A stretch of 54,790 nt of DNA from the NCBI GenBank assembly GCA_048213135.1, contig PS015109.1, forward strand, positions 140,327-195,116, given 5' to 3'. A program made the translations under genes and the position numbers. The notes below the pieces were generated by a model that saw only the letters and a list, made by a program, of their open reading frames with translations, was not told the origin of the DNA and ran no database searches. The stretch's first letter is position 1, and each line of letters begins with the position of its first letter. The stretch is from Reclinomonas americana ATCC 50394 (Eukaryota). This document shows positions 11,338 to 23,300 of this stretch, in pieces.

Positions 11338-14300
11338 TGCTTCCCCACTCCCCCTCGATCTTACTGTCCACCCTACGTTGCATCTGCACGCAATCTCTCT
11401 CACACTGCTCTCTTCTCTGCGACTCTCCCCCGCATGCACTCTCCACCCTACTTTCCTCTGTACTCTCACACAAAGCACATAATCCGCAATACGCTTTCCC
11501 TCTCGCTTCTCTCTCTCTAAACCAGCTCGCTCTCCACCCCATTACCCTCTGCATGCTCACATACGCCCATTCCTTGCAACCCAGCCCTCTTCCTCCTCCT
11601 GGTCTCTCTCCCTACTTCTATTTCACCAATCCACAAAGCCCTCTTTCCATCCCTCCGTCCCCACCTGGCTTTCTACTCACTCTCTCTCTCTCTCTCTCTC
11701 TCTCTTGCTTCCCCACTTTCCCTCCATATTACTCTCCCTCTCCTCTCGCCTCCTGCCCTCCCCCTGTCTTCCCCCTCTTCTCCCCCACTCACCACAAGAT
11801 CACAAACGTCCACGGCACGAGGGCAAGCGGAAGATCATTGTGCTGCACAGCAATTCCTTAATTCCCCATCAGGACGACAATCGCACTCTCTACAACCATC
11901 CCTACCTTCCACCGCATGACAAATCGACGCAGCGCATTCCCGCTCTGCAGACCAACAGCATCCGAAGAACGCGGTGCAACTGGAATCATGTCGAACTCCG
12001 GAAGCGCCTTGGCTGTGAACCCGAGCACAATCCCGTTGAGGACGGACACGAAAAAAAACGCAGCGCGGGTGCAAGCAATATCGCCCCACGAACCGCTTGT
12101 CGAACACGTGGAGCTCCTCCTGCTCGATGTGTTACTGTTCTCGTCCCATGCAATACTTGTGGCTGTGAATCACGCACAATGGTAATGGTGAGTGCAATTG
12201 AAGGCAAAGTATTAACTCGCACCATACTTCTCCTCTCCATCTGCTGTATTGTATAATTGCTTTCAGCTCACCTCCCTGTTCCTTCTATCCTCTCCTTCTC
12301 TCATTACACATCCCTTTTCCAATGTTTCCACCTCGTCTCATCTCCATTTGCATCTCCATTGTCCTTAAACACCCCCCATCCCGTGTCGCTTTCTTCTTCG
12401 ACACTCCCGTTCCATTCACTTCCGCCTTAATGCTCTTTTCTCTTCACCTTTCACCTTTCTCTTCTCCCCCGTGTCTTTCCCACCCACCCCATCCCGTCTC
12501 GCTCTTTCTTCGCACTCCCGTTCCGTTCCCTTCCGCCTAAATGCTCTTTTCTCTTCACCTTTCACCTTTCTCTTCTCCCTCGTGTCTTTCCACCCACCCC
12601 ATCCCGTCTCGCTTTTTCTTCGCACTCCTGTTCCATTCCCTTCCGCCTAAATGCTCTTTTCTCTTCACCTTTCACCTTTCTCTTCTCCCTCGTGTCTTTT
12701 CCACCCACCCCATCCCGTCTCGCTTTTTCCTTCGACACTCCTGTTCCGTTCCCTTCCCCCTTAATCCTCTTCCCTCTCCCCCTTTCACATTTCTCTTGGC
12801 TGCCGTGTCTCCATTGTCCCTTCCCACCCTCCCTTATCCCGCGTCGCTTTTCACCGCTCTTCCCCTCATCACCCCCTTCCCTCTAATCCTCTCCCCTCCT
12901 CCCTCCACATTTCTCTTGCCTCTCGTCTTACTTTCTGCATTTCCACTGTCCTTAACCACCCCTCACCCCGCGTCGTTTATTTCTTCGCCACTCCCGTTCA
13001 GTTCCCTTCCCCTAATCCTTTTCTCTCCGCCTTCTTGCCTCTCGTCTTTCTATCTGCATTCCCACTGTCCTTAACCACTCCCATCTCGCGTCGCCTTTTT
13101 TCTTCGCCACTCCCGTTCCATACCCTTCCCCCTTAATCCTGTTCCCTCTTCCCCTTTCCACATTTTTCTTGCCTCTCGTCTCATCTCCATTGTCCTTTCC
13201 CTCTGCGTCTTTCTCTCCATCCATCCCTTTTCATCCCTTTCCCCTAATCCTCTGCCCTCTCCGCGTTCCACATTTCTCTTTCGTATCTCGTCTCTCCATC
13301 TGCATTTCCATCGTCATTTCCCTCTGCGTCTCTATCTGCACCCCACAGTGCCTTCAGCATTGACGTTAGTCTCCCCTTCCCACATTTCTCTTGCCTCTCT
13401 CAAGCTCATCCAGGTTCCCCGTTTCCCTTCCCTCTCCACATCAACATCACTCACTGCCATTACGCAGTGCTGTCATTTCTGCCCTCACACGCACTGCCCA
13501 CTCTCCTCCTCCTCCATCTTCCCATTTTCCATTCCCACCTTCGTCCACCGTGCATTCCCTGTTCCACTTTGCCCCCACATCCCTCCCTGTCTTTCTCCCA
13601 CTCCCTCTAGTTTTGTTCCACTTTTTTCCTATTCTTCCTTCACTTCCAGTTCCCTTTTCCAGACCTCCCTCCCCCGCTTGTTCCTCCCACCTTCCCCTCA
13701 TCTTCTCCTCCTTCTTCCCATTTTATCTCTTCTGCAGGTTCATCCAATCCCTTTCCTTTCCCTTCTTCCCTCCCGGTCTCCTCATCTTCTCTTCTTGCTT
13801 CCCATTCTTTCTCCCCTTCCCTTCCCTCTCCCTTCCCACTTATCCCCATCCCTCCCTCTCCCTCCCCCCTCCCTGCCCTTCCCCACTCACCCACTGGCAG
13901 CGTCCCCTTAACCTGCCGCCTCCGACGCCCAGAGTTGCCCAGCGCGCTGATCTGAACGGGATAACTCACTTCACCGACCTGCGCGACAAAAAAAGCACTC
14001 AGTGACACTCTCCTTTCCCGCCTCCTTCCGCATTCTCACACGCCCTCACATGTCTGTTCTCATCCTCCACCGGCTCCAGCATCGGCACGATATTGCGCGT
14101 TCGCTGTTGGTCGGCTAACAGTGTGCGCACTCGCTGCCACATTGCCGTGCTCTGGACACAAGTATCGCTTGAGATGCACACAAAACATGGCGACTGCAAC
14201 AACGACCAATTACCGAAGCAGACGGCACGGCGGAGACATCTTGTGCACTTGTCGAGTGCGGCGATCGCAGTGGGGTGTCGCCAGCGTGTGAACTGCATGG

Positions 14301-17300
14301 GCAAAAGAACGTGAGACATGACTTGAACACGAACTGGCAAGTACAAAAAGTCTTGCCTTTGAGACGAATCAGACGCTTGGCCGTTGCGTCTGCGTGCATA
14401 CCAAAGGTGAATTAGTCACATCAACATATACATGCGTACTCTTCTTCAACTTTCCATTGCTACCTTGTCTCCTCCTCTACCACCACCTGGTTTTACATCT
14501 TGTCATTCTCTTCTTCTTCTTCATCATCGTCCTTCATTTTTCTTCGTCTTCTCCTTCGTTTTTCTTCCTCTTCCTCTTCCTTCTCTTCCTTGTCCTTACC
14601 CATTCCCTCCTTATTCTCTTCCTCGTCTTTCTTCTTCTACTGCTTCTTCCCTTCATTTTCTTCTCCTACCTTCATCGTTCTTCTTTCTTTCTTCTCCTTG
14701 CTTCTTCGCCCTTCTCGTATTCTCTTCCCACATATCTGCTCTTCCGCTTCCTTCTTCTCAGTTTTTTCTTCTTCTCCTTCTTCCTCATCCTCTTTCACAT
14801 TTGCTTTCGTGTTCACCCTTGTTTTTTCCTTTTTTTCCCCTTCTCGCTCCTCCTTCCTTTCCTCTTCTTCATTTCCTTCTTCTACTCCCTTGCCCCTACC
14901 CTTCCTTCAAGCCCCTCCCCTCTTCATTCTTCCCTTCCTTTTCGTCTCGCTCGTCTTCTTCTGCTCTTCATCGCTAATCTGTTTCCTTCTTCTTTCTTTC
15001 TCACCTTCCTTTTCCTACATGCCTTTCTCGTCTTCTCCTCTCACGCACCTGCCCTTGACCTTCTGTCTTCTCAATCCATTCTTCTTCTTCTTCTTGCCTT
15101 TCTTCTCCTTGCACTCTTTTACTCCAACTATTCGTTTCCACATTCCTGTTCCCAGCACCTTCGTCTTCTTCTTCTCCTGCCTTTATTTGTTCTTCTGCTT
15201 CCTTCTTCCTGTTCTCTTACTCCTCCTCAGCCTTCTAACCCCTCCCCTCTCCATCCTCTTCCTCGTCTTCTTTTTTTCTTGTCATTTCATTTTCATCGGT
15301 ATCTTCTTCCCCTGCCCTTTACCCGTTCTTTGCTTCCTTCTGCTTTCTCTTCTTCCTCCCTCGTCCTCCTTTCTTCTTCTTCGTCCTCTTTCTCCTCTTC
15401 CACTCCATCTCCTCTACTTTCTCCTTTCTTTTCCTCCTCCCCATCATATTCTTGCTTTCCCACCTCGTTCCTTCTCCTTTTACCCTCCTTCCTCCTCCGT
15501 CTCCTTCTCCTTCTCCTCTCCACACTCACCCATTCTCATCGACATGAGTCGAGAAACCAGGCTCCAATGCCAAGTGAGAGCCATCCACATGAACAATGAC
15601 ACCACCACCCGCCTGCGCTCCACCAGCACGCGCCAATGGCCACGGTTCGGTGCGCTGCAGGTACATTACAAAACAGCGATGAGTGAGTTCGCTTGTTGAG
15701 TGCATTGATACTGGAGTGAAGCGCAACAGCAACGGGCGGCGACGAGAGGGCAAGAGCGCTGGAAATACCAGTCAGCAATCATGGGTAAACGACATAGATT
15801 GGCACAACTGACCTTGAAGACACTGACGATGCGCCGGCGTCCCCGCTGTGCGTTTAACTTCTTAGCCAACGACTGCGTGCGAGAATGACGCACTCTAGCT
15901 ACTTACCTCATCACACCACTCACGTCATCCACGATGCAATTCGCAGTCAAGAACGAGGCCAATGTTGAGGCTCTGTCATCATCGTCTACTTGTCGCTGTT
16001 GTTGCTCACGCCACAAGCGCACAATGTCTTCTTCGGAGATGGTCGCAGCGGCCGCATCACCGTCAGCCTGTGCGACGGCTGAGCGCCGCCACGACATGAA
16101 TTCGCGGAGCAACGCCACCAGCGAAAATGAACCGGCACTCTGCGTCACCTGATGTACTGCAAGTAAGCGACACCAGATCAAACTGCTGACTAACAATGCT
16201 TACGGAGCGACCTACCGACACAGTCGGCAGTCGAATGTTCGTCATGTAGTACAACCAGGCTCCAATCACGTCCTGTTGTCGCAGCAAAGCAAGTACTCGC
16301 ACGCGATGGAGGTCCACATTTCGTGCCACCAGCGGCGCCTGAGCGCAAGTGTGTCAGCGATTAGACTGTGCCATGGAAGAGTGAAGGCGAGCGGACGCAC
16401 CATCATTGCTGTCGAGTCGCCGTCGTCATTGTCATTTTGTTGCACTTCGGCGACAAAGTGGGGTGACAGTGGCATGACGGAGAGCCACGGGCTCGGAGAC
16501 GTGGGGCTGCCGGCACTGGGTGGGTGAGGAAAGAGAAAGAGGCATGAAATGTAAGCCAAAAAAAACACTCTTCCCTCCGCAATTATTTGTACCTCCATCT
16601 CACTCACATATTCATTTTCGTTCTCCTCTCCACTCTCTCTTCTCCTCGTTCTTCTATCCTCTCTTTTCTTAACTTTTATCCTCGTTTCCCATCTTTGTTT
16701 CTTCTCTCCACTCCCACTTCTCTTCTCCTTTCTCACTCCTCTTCTCGGTCTGTTATCCTTCGTCTGCCTTTCCCTCGTTCTTCTCTCATTTTTCTCTCTC
16801 GTTCTTCTCCGTTCTCTTCTCCTCTTCGTTTAGCTTCCCCTTTTACTCTCTTCTCCTCGCGCCCTTCTCTTCTCCTTTCTCACTCTTCCCTTTCTTCCTG
16901 TTATCCATTCTCACTTTTCTCCTCGTTCTATTATCCTTTGTCTGCTGTCCCCTCGTTCTTCTCCGTTCTCTTCGCATCTTCGTTTACTTCTCCTTTTACT
17001 CTCTTCTCCTTGCTCCCTTCTCTTCTCCTTGCTCCCTTCTTCTTTCTCTCTTCTCCTCATTCTGTCGCTCTGTTATTCTTTTCTCCAATCTTTCCTTCTC
17101 CATTCGTCTCCTAATTCCCATCTCCTTTCTTTCTCTCCTCTCTGTGGTCTCTCATTCTCTTCACTTTTCCTCCCCTCTCTTCTCCCTTCTCTTCTCTTCC
17201 CTTTTCTTCTCATCCCTCTTCGTCCCTTCTCCTCCTTCACCTTCGTCCTCTTCTCCTCTCTCTTTGGTCTCTCATTATCTTCATTTTCCCACCCCTCTCT

Positions 17301-20300
17301 TCTCCCTTCTCTTCTCTTCCCTTTTCTTCCCACTCCTCTCCCCATTCTCTTCTCCTTTCTGTTTCTTCTCCTTTCTTTTGTTGGTCTCTCATTCACTTCA
17401 CTTTCCCTCTCCCCCCTCTCTCTCTATGTCTTCTCTTCTCTCTTCTCTTCCCTTCTCCTCCTTCATGTTCGCCCTATTCTCCTTTCTCTCTTTGCCCTCG
17501 TTCTCCAATCTTTTTCTTCTCTCTTCTTCCTCTCTCTCTCTCTCTCATCTCCTATCTCTTTTTTCTCTCTCTCTTCTCCTTTCCCTCCTTCTCTCTCTTC
17601 CCTTTCCCTTCTTCCCCCTTATCCTCTCTTCGACTCACCTGCTGCTCAGCGCCGTGCGACTCATGCGTACAGACGCAAGTCCACCTCCAACAGACGGCGG
17701 CGCACTCACATCACCAATCAACTGCCTGTCGGTCACAAACGCGAGCAGACGAGCACGTGACTCCAGCTGATCACCGGCAGCCGCCGAAGCCGTGGCGGCG
17801 GCGGCATACTGCGCCAGCCACTGTCGTTGGAACTCATCGGCAGACATCTCAGGCAGTGAGATTCCGTCGCCCGTCGCCGCGCTGTGCGTCCACTCGAAGA
17901 ACTCGCGCTGCAGTGCAGCCAGCGAGTATCCAATGGGGACCTGGTGGATAACATGGGCAGTCGTAGTCAACACTCGGCTTCCTCGTTCCCAAGCCATCGA
18001 TTTCCTCTTCCCCAATCCCTTCCTCCTACCTATTCTCCCCATTCCCCTTCCTCAATATTCTCCCTTCCCTCCCTCCTCCTCTCTCCCCCCTTCCGACGCA
18101 ACTGCACTCTCCCTCCCATGCTGCGCGTAATGCAAAAACGCGCCAAACACATCGTTCTTCCGCAGCAGGGACATGGCCGTGAGCCAGTGCATGCCGGAAC
18201 CGCCACGCCCACCAAGCCGAGAACCACGCATTGCTGTGGTTGGTGTTGCTGCTGCTGCTGCTGCAGGTGGTGGCGGCAGTGGCCGAGGCAATGACAAATG
18301 CCGGAACTGGGGAGCCGCAAGCAAACCGTGATGTTTCTGCACAAACGCGCGCACACACACACAGTCACCATCAGCAGATCCACAGCAACTTGGCCTACAT
18401 GCATCGGACATTACCTTGCGAGTCGGTGAGTCCGACCGAGACGACGTGCTGCGATCAGACTCTGCACGCTCTACGTCGGACACGTCATGAGCAGCCGGCA
18501 TGTCGATCGACGTCACTTCCCCTGACTCCGGTGTGCGCTTCAGTTCATGCACGTTTGATGGTATCTCCAGAACCAGGCGCGGTGTGCGTTTGAAGACTTG
18601 CGACACGATCCACACCACAGGCGCCATGATTACTCCTGTAGGCAATCATGTGAGACACTTGCATCAACGCGCACACAGACATAGTTTCAATGACACTGCT
18701 GCTGTTTCTTTTTTGCTCACACTCGCTCTCATTCTCCCGAATGCCAGCTCGCGTTAGACTCATTCCCTGCCACATCTCTCCCTCTCTCTCTCTCTCCTTG
18801 TATCATGCCCCCACTAAAACCACGATCCATTTCGTTTCCCGCACACGCATTTCTTATCTCTCGCTCCCACTATTTCTCGTCCTATCCTCTCCAGCTATTA
18901 CACTCCCTCTCCGTTCTCCCACATGAAATCTTTTCTCCCATTCTTCTTCCTTCCCTCTCATCCCTCTCCATTTTCCTTTCCCATTCTTCTTTCTTCCCAC
19001 CCAGTATTTTTCTTCTGCTCCATCTCCGTGTACTATGATCACTCTTCGTTCTCCTTTTCCCATTCTTCCTTCTTCCCTCCCATTATTTCTCTTTCTCACC
19101 CTCCGTGTATCACACTCCCTCTCCATTTTCCTTTCCCATTCATCCTTCTCCTGTTATTTCTCTTGTTCTCCCTCTCCGCGTATCACACTCTCTCTCCGTT
19201 CTCCTTTCCCATGCTTCCTTCTTGCCTTCAGTCTCTCCCTTCTTTTCCCTCCCAGCGTATCACTCTCCGTTCCCCCCCACACACACATCTTATCTCCCCC
19301 GACATCCTCCTCCCCTCCTATTCTTTCTCTTCATCTTCCTCAATGTATTACGCTCTCTCTCTCCGTTCTCCTTCCCATTCTTCCTTCTTGCCCTCAGTGT
19401 TTCCCTTATTCTTCCTCTCAATGTATCTCGCTACTTCGCCATTCTCCCACACACAATTAGTATCACATTCTTCCTTCTTGCTTCTTATCATTCTCCTCCT
19501 TTCTCTCTCCGTGTTCATTCACCGTCCCTCTTTGTTCTTCTACAAACGCATGTCATCTCCCATTCTTCCCTCATTCCTCTCCTCCCTTTCCTCTTTACCC
19601 TTCCTTATCAATCACTCTCCGGTTTCTTCCCACTCTCCCCCGTCCTCCCTTTCCCCTTCCCCCTTTCCCCTTCCTCCCTTTCCCCTTCCTCCCTTTCCCC
19701 TCTCCCCTTCCCCCTTCCTCCCTTTCCCCTTTCCCCTTCCTTCTCCCCTTCCCCTTTCCCCCTTCCCCTCCACGCACCCGATATAACACCAATCAACAAC
19801 TCACGCAAGAAAGCCGACCCAGCACCGGTGACCGTCGCCTGCTCGGCAAACACCGCATTGCAGTACAGCGCCAAGCAGACGGCGAACCAAAGCGTCTGTA
19901 CATGGAATCGTGTGAGGACAAATTGGGGGGTAATCAAGCGACGGTGTACGAAATCAAACCGTCGTGCGCTGCGTTCTGCGGAAGCGATCGGCATTGGGAC
20001 ACACAATCGTCGACATCCACGAGTGATTGTCTGTGCAGCGGATAACAAGTGAACATCAAGACTAGGCAGATGAGATTTTTCACGACTTGAGACATACCGA
20101 CGACGGCCGTCCACATCGTCACGATGCGCCGTTTCAGCCATCCGCGACTGCGGTTGATTCGAATTACAGCGTGCACCAGACCTGCGTACAGACAAACGCG
20201 TGATGAGATGCAATGCATGAACAAAATGACGTAAAACCACAACTGAAACGCACGTCGGAACCGCGAGATGGCAATGAAATGCCTCGCCAATGCCAACCGA

Positions 20301-23300
20301 GAGTCTACATGCATTCTCAATATGAGCCTCACAACGACCTTCCGCAGGAATAAACATCAATATCCAAATGAACCTGCATTATGCGGCTGCAGATCGCGTT
20401 CTCGCAAATCGGCAGTGGAGAATACTCTACGCGTGCACCTCACAGTTAGAGTCCCGGTCATTCAACAAACTGAAACTGCGATGCCAGTGCTTACCCGGCG
20501 AATTTCACGCCATACGAGAGGGCTCGCCTCAGCGGCATTCGCAACATGTTGACATGACGGACGAGCTGCCTATCACTCGCCTGGTCGAGCTTGTAGCCAA
20601 TGTACAGCTGTACCAGATAAATGACTTGGATCACTGCGACGAGACGAGGAGGAGTGAGCGACACACTGGATATCTTTGCTGTACGTGGCACACGCACGCA
20701 GTACGCACAGACGACAATCACAAAGGTCGAGCTCCGCAAGAGTTGTCCGGTTAACAGCGACAGCAAGTCGGCCGGACTACGCACGCAACATTAGTCTCCA
20801 TAAACCAGTCAAAGGCAATCATGCAAACAACGAAACGACACGAATGTAAAGTGAATGTCGAAAATGTCGTGCACTGCACCGCAACAAAACAGAACGCGAA
20901 GAAATTAGTATATCAAGTCAGTGCACTGTTCATCACCTCCCTCACTCTCTTTCAATCCACTATCCTTGTGGCTGAAGGCCATTCTCCCTTTCCCCGTCCT
21001 CTCGCTCGGTCCGCTGTTGTTAACTCTTGATCTTCTTCTCCCTCTCTTTCTCTTTTTCCTCTCCTTCCTCTCTTCTCTTTCTCGTTTCGCTTATTCCTTC
21101 TTCCTCTCCCTCTTCCCTCTCTCCCCTCTCCCCGTCTCTCTTTGTTTATTCTTTCATTTTATTCCTATCCATCTCTCTCCTTTCCCTCTGCTTTCTCTGT
21201 CTTTCCCTTCTCTCTCACACACACTACCCCTTCTCTACTCTCTTTCATCTCTCTTCATTCACTCATTTTTCCTCCTCATCCTCATCTCTACTCTCTTTCA
21301 CCTCTCTGTCTTCCTCTCTTCCATTTCCCCCTCCAACTTCTCTTCTCTTGACCCATTCCCTTCTCCCTTCACTCCCTCCCTCCTTCGGTTACGCACAATT
21401 CACGCTGAAATCCGTCATGTGATTGCAGAGACACACAAACGACACCACATCTCGCGTTCCACTCGCCACTCGAGCATACCTGCACCGAAGGAGTGATTCA
21501 ATGCAGGCTGAGGGAACACTCCCCCCAATGAGATCGTGCGCAACGTTGAGCACCCGTCAGAGCGCCACGCCGACTGCGTCTCATTCCAGTAGACACACAA
21601 GCGACTGAACTGGGAGACCACGGCTGTATCGAGAGAATATCAGTAACACGAACATGCAGCTGCACTGAAGCGCACCAACAACAAGAAATGACGCACAATT
21701 GAACGTGGTATTTCGTGGGACATATTGATCGCAATCTACGCACGCCACAGTGACTTTGTAAGTCGCCAAAAGGTGACACACGATTCGAGACACACACACG
21801 CGCACACGCATACGCAACGAGAATCATTCAGCGAGACGAGCGTGGTCTCTCCGGTCGGAGATGACGTCAATGTTGCGGTCGTAGACGATGATCGCACACC
21901 GCAATTATCCAAGTACTCGAGCAAGTCATTCTGCACCACAATTCCATTAGACGTCGATCAATCCACTCTCAGCGCACACTCTTCCATATCTCCCGAACCA
22001 ACTGAGGTCGAAGTGTCTCCAGCAGATCTGAGTCCTGTCGTGCAATCTCGAAAGCAAACGCTTCGCCATTGGAGGCATCGAGCGCCAGCGGCTGCCCGTA
22101 GGCATTCTGCAGCGTAACCCGCTGGATGGGGCTTCCCAGAACGGTGGTGATGCGCGGCGCTGGATAGGGACTCAGATCTGACGAAACAAGTCAGACGAGT
22201 CGAAGTGGCAGACGGGAATAAACGACGGCGACGCAACTCGACGCCACAGTAGCGGACACGAAAATCGGTGTCGTGGCAAACAGGCGAGCGGGAATGGTGG
22301 GAGGAAACTGGTACTGTGTCAGCAGCGAGTTCGCATTCGAGTCCACCGTGCCGCCAATCTGTGGCACCACGCCTGTTGACCCGTTGGTCGACATGTTGCT
22401 GAAGGCGATGAACTGTGTGCGGAGGTGAGTTAGAATAATCACATACATCCATTCATATCCGACGGGAGAGAGAGAGAGAGAGAGATAAACAGAGAATAAA
22501 GTGAGTGCGCAGAGAGGCCCATCCATACACACACACAGACACTCTCTCTCTCCACACATACACACGCACACACACTCTCTTTTCTCAGCAAAAAAAAACA
22601 GTCGCTCAGGTGCTCCCTCAGATAAACATGCGGAGCGAGACAGACATTCGCATGCGGGCAGAGAGAAAGAGAGGGACAGTCACAGACACACGGCAACATG
22701 GATTTGTTGTGAGACAAAAAACAGAACAAATGCAGGCACATTGTGCATGTACCACCATTGACGGCTGCGGCGCAAAAGCAGTTCAGATAACTCATTCGCA
22801 CATAGGACCGAAGGCAAGAGGAACGAAATAACAGCGACAACAAGAAAAAGACACAGTGAAAGAAACTGACGCAAACCACACCGACAGTAACGAACGAATA
22901 ACAAGAAGACACCCTGCATCTCTGTTCTCCTTCTCCTTTCCCTATTTTCGTCCTCCATCATACCTGTACCCCCGGCACTGGTGTGCTTGCTGAAAAGTGC
23001 GCCGCCACCAACTGCATCGAATTACCGATAACTACAGTCGCCACTTCACCCGTGGCCTTGGTGTTGACAGATCGGAAGCCAACATCAGCCAGCGCTGAAA
23101 CTCCGGCCGCCGCCAGCTGCTGGAATGCATGCGAGTCACTGCCTGCACTCGCAGACACAGCGCTCAGCGTGTTGTCGATCATGTTGCTGTATGTCTGTAA
23201 CACGGATCGTGCATCAGGGCTACCAAGAAACGAAAAAAACAGCAACCCCGTCAAGTCTCACCGCGACGGTTCCCGGGGGCATGAAACTGCCAATGCTGGC

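Noticed and set aside
14293-14357. Possible GC-AG intron (AAG|GCAAGA)
   Set aside because: That phase runs into a stop in the following exon, whereas the unspliced or phase-2 frame continues cleanly. The junction is unresolved.
14394-15699. Long F/L/S-rich ORFs (401 aa and 399 aa), and similar ones at 16587-17770, 18923-20052 and 26489-27457
   Set aside because: Pyrimidine tracts lack stop codons by composition; these lie antisense within introns of the receptor gene.
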